Shown piece after piece: positions 8,955 to 19,202 of a stretch of DNA of 54,422 nt; position 1 is the first letter of the stretch, and every line of letters begins with the position of its first letter. The DNA comes from Sphingobacteriia bacterium (GTDB taxonomy: Bacteria > Bacteroidota > Bacteroidia > Bacteroidales > UBA7960). The stretch is from the NCBI GenBank assembly GCA_041642035.1, contig JBEPXC010000003.1, forward strand, positions 1 to 54,422, in the 5' to 3' direction. Both the position numbers and the translations under genes were made by a program. The notes under the pieces were generated by a model. That model did not search any database. It saw only the letters and a program-made list of their open reading frames with translations, and was not told the DNA's origin.

Positions 8955-9685
8955 ATGATGAGCAACATACTAACTTTTTATTTTTAATTATATCCATAAC
9001 TATGCAAGCACAGCGAAGTGAACATGAAGTAACAGATGTATGGGAACCTGTGCCCACGGTTGTATCGCCGGGTGCAGGCACTAAAGCTCCGTCAGATGCA
9101 ATAGTGCTATTTGATGGCACCAGTTTCGATAACTGGGTGAATAAAGATGGTAATATACCCGAATGGGAATTAAAGGATAATGTAATGACGGTAAAACCCG
9201 ACTCAGGAGATATCTCCACCAAACAGGGTTTTGGCGATATTCAACTGCACATTGAGTGGCGGGCACCAGCACTGGTAAAGGGCGAAGGACAAGGACGTGG
9301 CAACAGTGGTGTATTTCTGATGGATCGTTATGAAATACAGGTATTGGACTGCTACCACAATGCTACTTACCCCAATGGGCAAACTGCCTCTATATATAAA
9401 CAGCATATTCCCCTTGTAAACGCTTGCCTTCCTCCCGGCGAATGGCAAACCTACGACATTATTTTCAAAGCTCCCCGTTTCAACCAACAGGGCAAAGTTT
9501 CCCATCCTGCCATAGTAACCGTTCTTCACAATGGCATTCTGGTGCAGAATAATGTTGCAATATGGGGATCGACGAAGTTTATTGGTCTTCCTCAGTATGA
9601 AGAACACGGCATGAAAGAACCCATCAGGTTGCAGGATCACGGTGATCTGGTCAGCTTCCGCAATATATGGTTGAGAGAATTGTAA
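8955..9685 (+). CDS. DUF1080 / 3-keto-disaccharide hydrolase family protein; signal peptide out of frame by 1 nt (in-frame ATG at 9002)
   Basis: APSDAIVLFDG, FGDIQLHIEW, GNSGVFL, YEIQVLD, GEWQTYDI, LQDHGD.V.FRNIW. ATG 8955 gives MMSNILTF then a stop, unless one T is added at 8975-8979. Confidence 0.85.
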
Positions 9686-9959
9686 ACACATGATAATATC
9701 GGAATGCACATAGTGTAGGCAATAGCAATAGCTAGAGCCTTTACCGACAAATCCTTGATCGTGAGTCTGTACCCACGAAAGAATTCTTGCCCCTTTGAAT
9801 ACCTTATGAACAATACGGATGCTGGTTTGGTTAAATGTAAATAATTAAGATACCGGAAAATTAATGGGGCCGCCAGCTTATTAATTTAATTCCTGTCATG
9901 CGCTAAGGGATCAGGCAAGTCATTGCCTGTGAGAGTAGAAACAAAAAAAAAATTTTATC

Positions 9960-10955
9960 ATGGAATATAGAAAAATTGGAGCATCAAATCTTGAACTATC
10001 AGTAGTAACTTTTGGCGCCTGGGCAGCAGGTGGCTGGATGTGGGGCGGCAGCGACAGTAAGCAGGCTGTTAAGGCCATACAAACTGCTTACGATTTGGGG
10101 GTCACCTCGATTGATACCGCACCAATATACGGGCAAGGAGCCAGTGAAGAGATTGTAGGGAAAGCTATTAAGGAGATTCCCCGCGACAAGCTACAGATAT
10201 TAACCAAATATGGGATGCGCTGGGATATTAACAAGGGGGAATTTGGTTTCTCCAGCGAGGACAACCAGGGAAATCCCATAGATATCTATAAATATGCAGG
10301 AAAAGAAAGCGTCATTAAGGAATGCGAAGACAGCTTAAAAAGATTACAGACGGATTACATAGACCTGTACCAGATTCACTGGCCCGATAGCACTACGCCC
10401 ATCGAAGAAACCATGGAGGCTGTATCAAGGCTCATTGAGCAGGGCAAAGTGCGCTATGCCGGGGTATGCAACTATGGAGTTGACGAAATGAAAGAGGCCT
10501 CGAAATATATCGACCTGGTTTCCGATCAGGTCAAATACAACATGGTGGCTCGCGACATTGAGGAGGAACTGGTACCTTATCTAATCGAAAATAAGAAGTC
10601 TATACTGGCTTACAGTCCCATGGAACGTGGGCTGCTTACCGGGAAAATAAAACCGGGACATAAGTTTTCCGAAGGTGATCACAGGAAAGATGTTTCTTAT
10701 TTCACGGATGAAAACATAAGACGTACCATCGCTTTTCTCGATGCCATAAAACCCCTGGCAGACCAAAAGAATGCCACCCTTTCGCAGCTGGCAATTGGCT
10801 GGACTATTGAGCAACCGGGTATCACGATTGCTCTTGTGGGTGCCCGCAACGAGCAGCAGGCCACTCAAAATGCCAAAGCCATTGAGGTAAAACTCAATAA
10901 AGATGAAATAGCCTTTATCAATGAGCAACTCAACAAATTGAATTTGGATAAATAG
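9960..10955 (+). CDS. Aldo/keto reductase
   Basis: IDTAPIYGQG.SE, LTKYG, SLKRLQTDYIDLYQIHWPD, AYSPMERGLLTGK. Confidence 0.95.
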   Translation: MEYRKIGASNLELSVVTFGAWAAGGWMWGGSDSKQAVKAIQTAYDLGVTSIDTAPIYGQGASEEIVGKAIKEIPRDKLQILTKYGMRWDINKGEFGFSSEDNQGNPIDIYKYAGKESVIKECEDSLKRLQTDYIDLYQIHWPDSTTPIEETMEAVSRLIEQGKVRYAGVCNYGVDEMKEASKYIDLVSDQVKYNMVARDIEEELVPYLIENKKSILAYSPMERGLLTGKIKPGHKFSEGDHRKDVSYFTDENIRRTIAFLDAIKPLADQKNATLSQLAIGWTIEQPGITIALVGARNEQQATQNAKAIEVKLNKDEIAFINEQLNKLNLDK

Positions 10956-10995
10956 AACTTACTGTGCGGTTAAACGATGCAGACAAGTCAGTAGA

Positions 10996-11175
10996 GTGGA
11001 ATATATTTTTACACCTGAAGTGGAAATTCATTTTTCCAGGATAATCCGTGAGTACAGCGAACAGGGAGAGTTAACAAGTTTTATTGACTTAAGCCAACCC
11101 AAACACCCCGGAGAAATCCTGAATCCTAATCAGCTACCGCCCAGGCCAAGGGAAAGAGGTCTCTTAAGACAGTAA
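10996..11175 (+). CDS. Possible 59-aa small protein or gene remnant
   Basis: GTG-started frame VEYIFTPEVEIHFSRIIREYSEQGELTSFIDLSQPKHPGEILNPNQLPPRPRERGLLRQ*, below the ORF-track cutoff; no family recognised. Confidence 0.3.
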   Translation: MEYIFTPEVEIHFSRIIREYSEQGELTSFIDLSQPKHPGEILNPNQLPPRPRERGLLRQ

Positions 11176-11333
11176 AGCTTGTCCGGGGTTTACATGTCTT
11201 TTTTATTCTGCCTTATGTGCACGGTAATATTATTCATTAAGTCAATCACATTTTTATTATAAAATCTTTTTTTTAACAGTGCAAAAGCTTAAATTTGAAG
11301 ATTAAGAAGTGTAATCCTAAAAAACTAAGAACT

Positions 11334-12446
11334 ATGACCAAAGAAGAGAAATTTATACCCTTTGCTGTTATTGAAAAATTTATGGTTGATGTAATGGTAA
11401 AGGCAGGGATACCGGAAGATGATGCCAGAATTATTGCAGATGTTTTGGTAAAAGCAGACAAACTTGGATTTGATTCTCATGGAGTAAACAGGCTAAAGCC
11501 CATTTACCTGGACCGTATCAACGACGGCATCTTAAATCCTGTAACCAATATTGAAGTGGTAAGAGAAACTCCTACTACTGCCGTGGTGGACGGACATAAC
11601 GGCATGGGACATGTTATAGCCTACAAATCAATGCAGATGGCCATTGACAAAGCAAAACAATATGGTATGGGCATGGTGGCAGTAAGAAATTCTACCCACT
11701 ATGGTTTTGCAGGATACTATCCCCTGATGGCAACCGAGCAAAATATGATTGGTATGACAGGAACCAATGCAAGACCTTCTATAGCGCCCACCTTTGGGGT
11801 AGAAAATATGCTGGGCACCAACCCAATGACATTCGGAATCCCTTCGGATGAAGATTTTCCCTTCCTTCTCGATTGTGCTACATCCATCACCCAACGGGGT
11901 AAAGTGGAGGTTTATGCCCGTGAGGGTAAGGAGATGCCCAAAGGATGGGTAATCGATGAGAATGGTGAATCAAAAACCAACTCTGCCGAAGTATTGAAAG
12001 ATCTTATTGCCGGACGGGCTGCATTCACTCCACTGGGTGGTATAGGCGAAGATACCGGTGGATACAAAGGATATGGCTATGCAACAGTAGTTGAGATTCT
12101 TTCAGCCGCACTTCAGCAGGGTGCCTATATGAAAATGCTCACCGGTATCCAGGATGGCAAGAAAGTACCCTATCCTCTGGGACACTTCTTTATTGCCATT
12201 GATGTAAATGCATTTACCGAGCCTGCTGATTTCAAAAAGACAACAGGAAATATCCTCAGAGAACTCAGAGCCTCCAGAAAAATGCCCGGACAAGACAGGA
12301 TATATACTGCCGGTGAAAAAGAACATTATACCTGGATGCACAGAAAAGACAAGGGAGTTCCCTTTAACAACGCCTTGTTTGAAGAATTTGCTGGCATGTG
12401 TAAGACCTACGGACTTGATGAATACCTAACGCATTTCCAACAATAA
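11334..12446 (+). CDS. Ldh_2 family (malate/L-lactate/ureidoglycolate-type) oxidoreductase
   Basis: G.DSHGV.RL, VDGHNGMGH, RNSTHYG, GTNP, LDCATS, GGYKGYG, GHFFIAID. Start set at ATG 11334. Confidence 0.92.
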   Translation: MTKEEKFIPFAVIEKFMVDVMVKAGIPEDDARIIADVLVKADKLGFDSHGVNRLKPIYLDRINDGILNPVTNIEVVRETPTTAVVDGHNGMGHVIAYKSMQMAIDKAKQYGMGMVAVRNSTHYGFAGYYPLMATEQNMIGMTGTNARPSIAPTFGVENMLGTNPMTFGIPSDEDFPFLLDCATSITQRGKVEVYAREGKEMPKGWVIDENGESKTNSAEVLKDLIAGRAAFTPLGGIGEDTGGYKGYGYATVVEILSAALQQGAYMKMLTGIQDGKKVPYPLGHFFIAIDVNAFTEPADFKKTTGNILRELRASRKMPGQDRIYTAGEKEHYTWMHRKDKGVPFNNALFEEFAGMCKTYGLDEYLTHFQQ

Positions 12447-12516
12447 ATATTTTCCTTCAGAATTTTGATCTTTAAAGGATTGAACTCTTTCTATCGAATC
12501 GGCAATACACATAAAG

Positions 12517-12558
12517 AACCCTGGTGAAATAGCTTTTTACAGCTAATCCATCAGGGTT
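12517..12558 (+). terminator. Stem-loop downstream of the Ldh_2 gene (possible terminator)
   Basis: AACCCTGGTG...TAGCT-TTTTAC-AGCTA...CATCAGGGTT interrupted hairpin; U-tail is weak. Confidence 0.4.
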
Positions 12559-12680
12559 TGTGCTATGATATGAACACCGGGAGTTACATATTTTGAATGG
12601 TAACAACGTCAGCTTCGACAAATAATTCATACTTTTGTATAGCTCAGCAAATCTCATATAACATTTAAAACACCAGAAAT

Positions 12681-13895
12681 TTGAACACCCCGTTTTTTAT
12701 TGCCCGGCGCATGGGGGCAGAAAAGAAGAATCTTACCGGTCTTGTAAAGCTCATAGCAATACTTTCCATCTCCCTGGGACTAACGGTAATGATTATTGCC
12801 GTAACGGTGGTTACAGGATTTCAAAACGAAATCAGAAATAAAGCCATAGGGTTTGGTTCGCACATACAGATTAGCAATTTCGACTACAATATTTCGTATG
12901 AAGCAAAACCCATCAGTAAAGACCAGGAATTCTATTCCTATCTGTCGGAAATGCCTGAAATAAAAAGCACTCATCTATTCACTACCAAACCTGGCCTGAT
13001 AAAAACTGGTGATGAGATACACGGGGTGATTTTCAAAGGAGTAGATCAGGACTTTAACTGGGACTTTTTCAGGGATCATCTTCGGGAAGGAACCGTGGTA
13101 CAATTTAACGATACGGCAAGAAGCAACCAGATAATCATATCGGAATACATGGCTAAACTGTTGCTACTTAATACAGGTGATGACGTATTGGTATATTTTA
13201 TTCAGGACCCACCCAGGGTAAGGCGATTTACCATAGCCGGTATCTACGAAACTGGTCTGGAGGAAACGGATAAATTGTTTATCCTGGGAGACATCCGTCA
13301 CCTGCAAAGACTAAACGATTGGGAAGAGGATCAGGTAGGAGGCATAGGCATTGTAGTAAAAGATTTCAGTAAAATGGACCAGGTGAATGAAGCCATCAGG
13401 GAGGTGATCCCCTTTACCTTTAATACCAGAACCATAGATCAGATTTACCCGCAATTATTCGATTGGCTGGCATTGCTTGATATGAACGTGTATGTGATTA
13501 TTATCATCATGATTGTGGTGGCGGGCATTAATATGATTACCACCTTGCTGATATCAGTGCTGGAAAAAACCAACCTTATAGGTGTAATGAAGGCCCTGGG
13601 GGCATCCAATCAATTTGTACGAAGGATTTTTCTTTATCATGCCGGATTTCTTATTTCACGAGGTATAATTATCGGCAACTTGTTGGGGGTTGGGTTGTCT
13701 CTTGTGCAGCATTATACAGGAATTATAAAACTCTCACAGGAGTCTTATTTTGTGGATGTGGTGCCCATCAACATAAATATTGGTTATATTCTTTTACTAA
13801 ATCTGGGCACTTTTATTATTTGCATGCTCATGTTGATATTGCCAAGCTATATTGTTTCGAAAATATCTCCTGTAAAGGCCATTACGTTTAGATAA
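12681..13895 (+). CDS. Lipoprotein-release ABC transporter permease (LolC/E, FtsX/MacB family)
   Basis: IAILSISLG..VMII...VVTGFQNEI, periplasmic domain, FDWL.LLDMN, EKT..IGVMKALGA, SQESYF...VPI, ISPVKAI; TTG start. Confidence 0.9.
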   Translation: MNTPFFIARRMGAEKKNLTGLVKLIAILSISLGLTVMIIAVTVVTGFQNEIRNKAIGFGSHIQISNFDYNISYEAKPISKDQEFYSYLSEMPEIKSTHLFTTKPGLIKTGDEIHGVIFKGVDQDFNWDFFRDHLREGTVVQFNDTARSNQIIISEYMAKLLLLNTGDDVLVYFIQDPPRVRRFTIAGIYETGLEETDKLFILGDIRHLQRLNDWEEDQVGGIGIVVKDFSKMDQVNEAIREVIPFTFNTRTIDQIYPQLFDWLALLDMNVYVIIIIMIVVAGINMITTLLISVLEKTNLIGVMKALGASNQFVRRIFLYHAGFLISRGIIIGNLLGVGLSLVQHYTGIIKLSQESYFVDVVPININIGYILLLNLGTFIICMLMLILPSYIVSKISPVKAITFR

Positions 13896-13930
13896 AAAAT
13901 ACCGCCCCCGTATAGCCGAAAGCGGTATTT
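13894..13930 (-). terminator. Intrinsic terminator between convergent lolC/E and porin genes
   Basis: Minus strand reads AAATACCGCTTTCG-GCTATA-CGGGGGCGGTATTT followed by Ts; probably bidirectional. Confidence 0.75.
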
Positions 13931-13954
13931 GCACACCAGGGTGTTTATGTATGC

Positions 13955-14578
13955 TTAAAATAAAAATCCAATACTCAACACGAGTTGTCGAGGCCTGGTA
14001 TCGAAATCGTAAGTTCTTTCTCCTATCATAATACCATCGCCAAGATTACTCAACCCAAACTGATACTTAAGATCGATGGCCATGTTTCCCAGGTTTAGGC
14101 CTGCTCCCACCTGCATTCCATAGGTAGCAGAGTTAAATCTGGCCTTATAGTCGGAATTTGCGTCGGACAATCCGGATTCGCTGTTGAGCAGAATGGTTGC
14201 CACTGGTCCTAAACCGGCTCTGATGGGCCCGATTTTAGCGCCTACCATAACAGGAATATCCAACTGAGAAAATTTCTGTTTGTAATACACATCTTCTGCA
14301 CCTTGACGACTAAGCACCAAATCATTACCTGTGCTAACAAACAATATTTCCGGCATTATAAAAACGCCCAACAGTGATATGTGCCCCATTACGCCAACAT
14401 GAAATCCGGTATAGGAGTCTGACAGGGTACGAATTTCGGTTTGGGCATCATCAAGCTGGAAGGTTTGCTCCGGGAGATTGGCAAAATTTAATCCACCACG
14501 TATACCAAAAGAAAATTGCGCATGAGACACCTGGTGTATCATCAGCAGCATAAGAAGAATAAAAAAAGTCCTTTTCAT
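13955..14578 (-). CDS. Outer-membrane beta-barrel (porin-family, PorT-like) protein
   Basis: Signal peptide ending HA-Q, FGIRGGLN, alternating beta strands, YQFGLS, terminal LSIGFLF. Confidence 0.85.
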   Translation of the reverse strand: MKRTFFILLMLLMIHQVSHAQFSFGIRGGLNFANLPEQTFQLDDAQTEIRTLSDSYTGFHVGVMGHISLLGVFIMPEILFVSTGNDLVLSRQGAEDVYYKQKFSQLDIPVMVGAKIGPIRAGLGPVATILLNSESGLSDANSDYKARFNSATYGMQVGAGLNLGNMAIDLKYQFGLSNLGDGIMIGERTYDFDTRPRQLVLSIGFLF

Positions 14579-14721
14579 CGGATTAAGAATTTAATGAATT
14601 AATTGTAAAGCTAGGTTGTTTTTTAGTGGTCTCTTACTGAGAATAAACTCTCATCGAACAAAATTATTATGTAGGTAAGCATAAACCATACCATAAGATG
14701 AAAGATTTTCAGTGTTTCAAG

Positions 14722-16914
14722 TTATGATGCATTAAGAATTTTCATTTTCTCTTCCAGGATCGAAATATCTGCCCTGGCTTTTTCAATTTTCGCCTCAAAC
14801 TCAGATTTCAACACATCAGCTTTTTTTGAAGAGGCGAAGAACCCTATGTTATTCTCCCACAACTTGATATCATTCTGTAATGCATTGATTTTGTTGATGA
14901 GATAGGTTTTTTCTTTATAAATAACATTGTCGGCATTGGGCGAATTCTTAAGATTCTCGATTTTATTCTTGAACCCGATGGTGGTTTTAACCTTTCGGCT
15001 TATGTTTAGAGAATCAAACAAATCATTGATTACCTTTCTAAATTCATTCTGCAGTTTATCCTTTTCCTTGATAGGCACATGACCAATTTCCATCCATTGG
15101 CGTTGAAAATCCTTGAGTGTATTGAGATTTTCATTGCTATCAGAAGAGTACTTGTAAGTTTTAATGGTTTCTATGAGATCCTTCTTCTTCTTGAGATTTT
15201 CGTCCTGTTTTTCACCGATGTTAGAGAAATATTCAGATTTCCGATTAAAAAATTCATCACAGGCTGCCCTGAATCGTTTCCAAACCTTATCCGAAAACTT
15301 CTTGGGAACGGGACCTATTTTCTTCCATTGTTGTTGCAATGCGATAAGCTCATCGGTAGTGTGTTTCCAGTCTTCACTGTCTTTGAGTGCTTCGGCCTGC
15401 ATACAAAGATTGAGCTTTTGATTGTAATTCTCATTTTGATCATCCTTATACTTAAAGAAGAAGTCTTTTTTGTTGTTGAAGAAGCCGTCCAGGGCGGTTC
15501 TGAAACGCACCCACACTTCGTCGTTAATTTTCTTGGGGGCAAACCCTACTGTTTTCCACACCTTAAATAATTCATTGACCTTATCTGTGGCATCCTGCCA
15601 TTTCTTGGGAGAATCGGAGGTGAAATTAGCCAGTTGCTCAGCTTGCTCACAAAGTAGTATTTTAGCCTCGTAATTTTTACTTTGCTCCTCTCTTAAGGAA
15701 TCGTAATATGCTTGCCTGCGATCATTTATAGAATCAGAAGCTGCCTTAAAACGATCCCATATCTCATCCTTTTTATCTTTGGGAACAGGCCCGCTTTCTT
15801 TCCATGCATCATGCAGTTTCTGAAGCTTCTGAAAGGATTTATTTACCGAAGTTTCCAGCAGAAGTTCTTCTGCTTTCTCACATAATTCAGTTTTGATTTC
15901 CAGATTTTTCTTCAGGTCAAGATCTCTGAGTTCTTTATTTATCTTAACCTTATCGAAGAATTTCTCTACCAGGAAGTGGTAGTTATTCCATAGGGTATTT
16001 TTGGCTGTTTGGGGCACAGGGCCGGTAATGCGCCATTTTTCCTGTAACTCCTTAAATAAATCGTAGGTTTTTTTGAGTTCTTCTTCCGATTCAATCAAAT
16101 TGCGTAGTTCTTCAAGAATTGCCTCCTTTACATGAAGATTATCTTGTTTTTGTCTCTCAGCTGCCTGATCAAAAACATGTTTTTTCTCTTTATAAACTCC
16201 AAAAGCTTTATTAAATCTTTCCTGTAATTCATCTACCGGCTTCTCAGCATTTTGGTCATCTGCTGTTTTTTCTTCTTTATTTAATGAGCTCTCATATTCA
16301 TTTACGCTATGTTCTTTTAAATAGTTGCGAAAAGCAACCTTGATATATCCAATATGCTTTCTGATATTGGCAATATCCTCATTCCTTACCAAGGCTTCAA
16401 TAGCCTCGACAAGTTCTTCTTTTCCCAAACTGTTATATTTCTCCGACAGATCATCAGTATCATGATCATCATCATCGTTATGGTCATCATGATCATCATG
16501 GTGCTCTACGACAAGTGTCTTCTTTTCATTTTTCTTCGATGTACTGACAGTCTCGACCTTATCTTTTTCCTCATCCAATTTAGCCTCAGAAAGAGGTTTG
16601 GCCAACTCCTGATGTAAGGTTTCAGCTGGTGGGCTGGTGGGCTGACTCTGTTTATCTAAAACAGGTTCTTCAACCACTTCATCCTTAGCCACCACTGGTT
16701 GGACAGGTTCAGGGCTAATGATTTCTTGCTTTAGGTCCTTCTTTTCTTCTTCAGGACTACTTTCGTCCTGAGGAGCATCAGAGGGATTTTCTTCGGGTTT
16801 TGTTGATTGCTCTTCAGTCATCTTAGGTGATTCCTGTTGCTGATCCAGATTCTCAGCCCTGTTTTCTTTTTTATTTTTATCAGATTCAGGGTTAAGCAGC
16901 TCTTGGTTTTCCAT
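14722..16914 (-). CDS. DUF349 repeat coiled-coil protein
   Basis: Repeated K..LCE.AE.L...LQ..WK..GPVP......W.RF..A.D.FF units; acidic, disordered N-terminus with a His/Asp tract. Confidence 0.88.
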   Translation of the reverse strand: MENQELLNPESDKNKKENRAENLDQQQESPKMTEEQSTKPEENPSDAPQDESSPEEEKKDLKQEIISPEPVQPVVAKDEVVEEPVLDKQSQPTSPPAETLHQELAKPLSEAKLDEEKDKVETVSTSKKNEKKTLVVEHHDDHDDHNDDDDHDTDDLSEKYNSLGKEELVEAIEALVRNEDIANIRKHIGYIKVAFRNYLKEHSVNEYESSLNKEEKTADDQNAEKPVDELQERFNKAFGVYKEKKHVFDQAAERQKQDNLHVKEAILEELRNLIESEEELKKTYDLFKELQEKWRITGPVPQTAKNTLWNNYHFLVEKFFDKVKINKELRDLDLKKNLEIKTELCEKAEELLLETSVNKSFQKLQKLHDAWKESGPVPKDKKDEIWDRFKAASDSINDRRQAYYDSLREEQSKNYEAKILLCEQAEQLANFTSDSPKKWQDATDKVNELFKVWKTVGFAPKKINDEVWVRFRTALDGFFNNKKDFFFKYKDDQNENYNQKLNLCMQAEALKDSEDWKHTTDELIALQQQWKKIGPVPKKFSDKVWKRFRAACDEFFNRKSEYFSNIGEKQDENLKKKKDLIETIKTYKYSSDSNENLNTLKDFQRQWMEIGHVPIKEKDKLQNEFRKVINDLFDSLNISRKVKTTIGFKNKIENLKNSPNADNVIYKEKTYLINKINALQNDIKLWENNIGFFASSKKADVLKSEFEAKIEKARADISILEEKMKILNAS

Positions 16915-17099
16915 CAAAGTAAAAATTAAAAGTTATTAACTAGTTGTTAAGGAAGAATACGCAGATAAAAATCAAATGCTTTTGATATATTATCCTAAAT
17001 AAGAAACTATAAAAAAATGAGCACAAAAGTACGAATATATAATCAATACAAAGGTGCTCATGAGGCAAATTTGCTCAAAAAGAGTTATTTCTGTGTATA

Positions 17100-18281
17100 T
17101 CAAATCAAACTTAAACCCTGCTCCATGTCCTTGATGATATCCTGGACATTTTCAATACCTACGGAAAATCTTACCAGTCCATCAGTAATCCCCGAGTTTA
17201 GACGTGCCTGAGTGTCCAATTTAGAATGAGTCATAGAGGCTGGATGCTGAATGAGTGTTTCCACTCCTCCCAGGGATACAGCCAAGGTGGCAAGCTTAAC
17301 ACTATTCATCAAAATTTTACCGGCCTCAATACCTCCTTTAAGTTCAAAGCTTATCATTGCTCCGGATCCCTTCATCTGAGTCAATGCTAACTCATAATGG
17401 GGGTGAGATTTCAGTCCCGGGTATCTGACCCATTTAACTTTAGGATGGCTCTCAAGGTACTGAGCAATTTTGATGGCATTTTGCTGAGATCTGTCCATTC
17501 GTATTGAGAGCGTTTTGATACCCCTGATGACCATATAGGCCTGATGAGGATCCATATTGCAACCCAAGGTAATCATCATGGAGCGCAGCTGATCATAGAT
17601 CTTTTTTTCTTTAGCAACAATAACCCCGCCTACAATATCGGCATGTCCATTTAGAAATTTGGTTACGGAATGGAAAACAACATCAAAACCAAAATCAAGG
17701 GGGTTTTGCAGATAGGGACTGCAAAAGGTATTGTCGGCTACGGTAATAATGTTATGCTCTTTGGCCAATTGAGCAATTGCATTCAGGTCAGCAACATCCA
17801 TGGTAGGATTAGCAGGTGTTTCGATGTATATCAATTTAGTATATGGCCGAATAGCTCTTCTAATGCTCTCCAGATCACAGGTATCAATATAAGAAGCCTC
17901 CACTCCAAATCGTGAATAATGCTTTTCAATGACCACACGCGAAGGACCATACACAGCAGCAGTACTAATCATATGAGAGCCCTGTTCGAGCAATGCCATA
18001 TAAATGGTGTTCACGGCTCCCATCCCTGAGCTGCATGCTACACCGCGGTAACCATTCTCGAGTTCAGCCATGATCCTCTCCAGGGTATCGATGGTTGGAT
18101 TGTTTATACGGGTATAAATGTACCCGTCATCCTCACCTGAAAAACAAGCAGCCCCATGATCAGCATCTTTGAATTTAAAGGTGGATGTTTGATAAATAGG
18201 CATTGTAACGCTGCCAAATTGATCCTCAAATGCACCCGCGTGAATTAGTTTTGAGTCGAAACCCAGATCCTTAGTATCCAT
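17100..18281 (-). CDS. megL: Methionine gamma-lyase / Cys-Met PLP-dependent enzyme
   Basis: PIYQTSTF, YIYTRINNPT, SSGMGA, ETPANP, DNTF, HSVTKFLNGH (PLP Lys), LAVSLGGVETLIQHPASMTH. Exact substrate unverified. Confidence 0.78.
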   Translation of the reverse strand: MDTKDLGFDSKLIHAGAFEDQFGSVTMPIYQTSTFKFKDADHGAACFSGEDDGYIYTRINNPTIDTLERIMAELENGYRGVACSSGMGAVNTIYMALLEQGSHMISTAAVYGPSRVVIEKHYSRFGVEASYIDTCDLESIRRAIRPYTKLIYIETPANPTMDVADLNAIAQLAKEHNIITVADNTFCSPYLQNPLDFGFDVVFHSVTKFLNGHADIVGGVIVAKEKKIYDQLRSMMITLGCNMDPHQAYMVIRGIKTLSIRMDRSQQNAIKIAQYLESHPKVKWVRYPGLKSHPHYELALTQMKGSGAMISFELKGGIEAGKILMNSVKLATLAVSLGGVETLIQHPASMTHSKLDTQARLNSGITDGLVRFSVGIENVQDIIKDMEQGLSLI

Positions 18282-18328
18282 ATTTTAAGTATGTTTTAGT
18301 GAATGTACCCCCTGATAAGCACCAAGTA

Positions 18329-18691
18329 TTAATATTCATCGGTATCCAGCATTACCAATGTGCAATCTTCCAAAACCTCTATACCGGCAGCCTTAGCCAT
18401 TCTTTCCAGTTTAGGATTATAGCTTCCTGGGTTAAAGATGATTCTTTTGGGCTGTAGGCCAATAATATAATCAAGATAAGGCTCTTGCTTTTCCGGATTT
18501 AAATACATAGTAACTGTATGTAAGTCGGGGATCTCCACCATGTCTTTGGTTACTTCCACTGAATCTATCTGAGACTCAACTTTCCCTATAGCCACCACAT
18601 CATGTCCATAGGACAACAGACGTTTAATGGCTTTATAAGAATATCTTACCGGCGTGGGACTAGCTCCCATTACCAATGTGCGTTTGTTCAT
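18329..18691 (-). CDS. CoA-binding domain protein (YccU-like)
   Basis: TLVMGAS..P.RYSY.A, TVTMYL, RIIFNPG, CTLVML. Confidence 0.88.
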   Translation of the reverse strand: MNKRTLVMGASPTPVRYSYKAIKRLLSYGHDVVAIGKVESQIDSVEVTKDMVEIPDLHTVTMYLNPEKQEPYLDYIIGLQPKRIIFNPGSYNPKLERMAKAAGIEVLEDCTLVMLDTDEY

Positions 18692-18709
18692 AAGCCAATT
18701 ATTTTTTTA

Positions 18710-19102
18710 TTATTTAATGGTAACAATAGAAAATTCCGGCGCTTTTGAGATGTGTTTTTTAACCGTACAGGATTCTGCTGCTTTAATAATGGCATCTCGG
18801 TACTTGTCCGGGAAATCTTCGGGCAGATGTATTTCTATGTCAATTCTCTCAATCATTTTGCTTTCTTTATTATAAGAAGTTTTTTGGGTAAGCCGAATAC
18901 CCTCTTCAGATAACTGACGTTGCTGGCAAAAGGACTTTACGTACCAACCTGCACAAGTGCCAATGCTCACCATAAATAAATCAAAGGGAGATGGTTCTGA
19001 ATTATCTCCTCCTGCTTTTTCCGGCTGATCAGTTGCTACTTCAAAGCCCTTATAATTTGCCATTACCAGTTGATTTTTACCCAATGTGATTTGCATATCC
19101 AT
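18710..19102 (-). CDS. OsmC family protein
   Basis: TDQP...GGDNS.PSPFDLF..SIGTCAG ... AAESCTVKK (two conserved Cys). Confidence 0.9.
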   Translation of the reverse strand: MDMQITLGKNQLVMANYKGFEVATDQPEKAGGDNSEPSPFDLFMVSIGTCAGWYVKSFCQQRQLSEEGIRLTQKTSYNKESKMIERIDIEIHLPEDFPDKYRDAIIKAAESCTVKKHISKAPEFSIVTIK

Positions 19103-19202
19103 TTTTGATTGTTTTTTTAAGGATGACTATAAAATTTAGACAAGTACTTTTTTCAACTTGCCCTTTATCTTTTCAAACAGATAGAGCGTCAATAAGTTTA
19201 AA

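Noticed and set aside
9912-9929. CAGGCAA-GTCA-TTGCCTG hairpin before the aldo/keto reductase
   Set aside because: A single short stem without a U-tail or other structure; too little to call a regulatory RNA.
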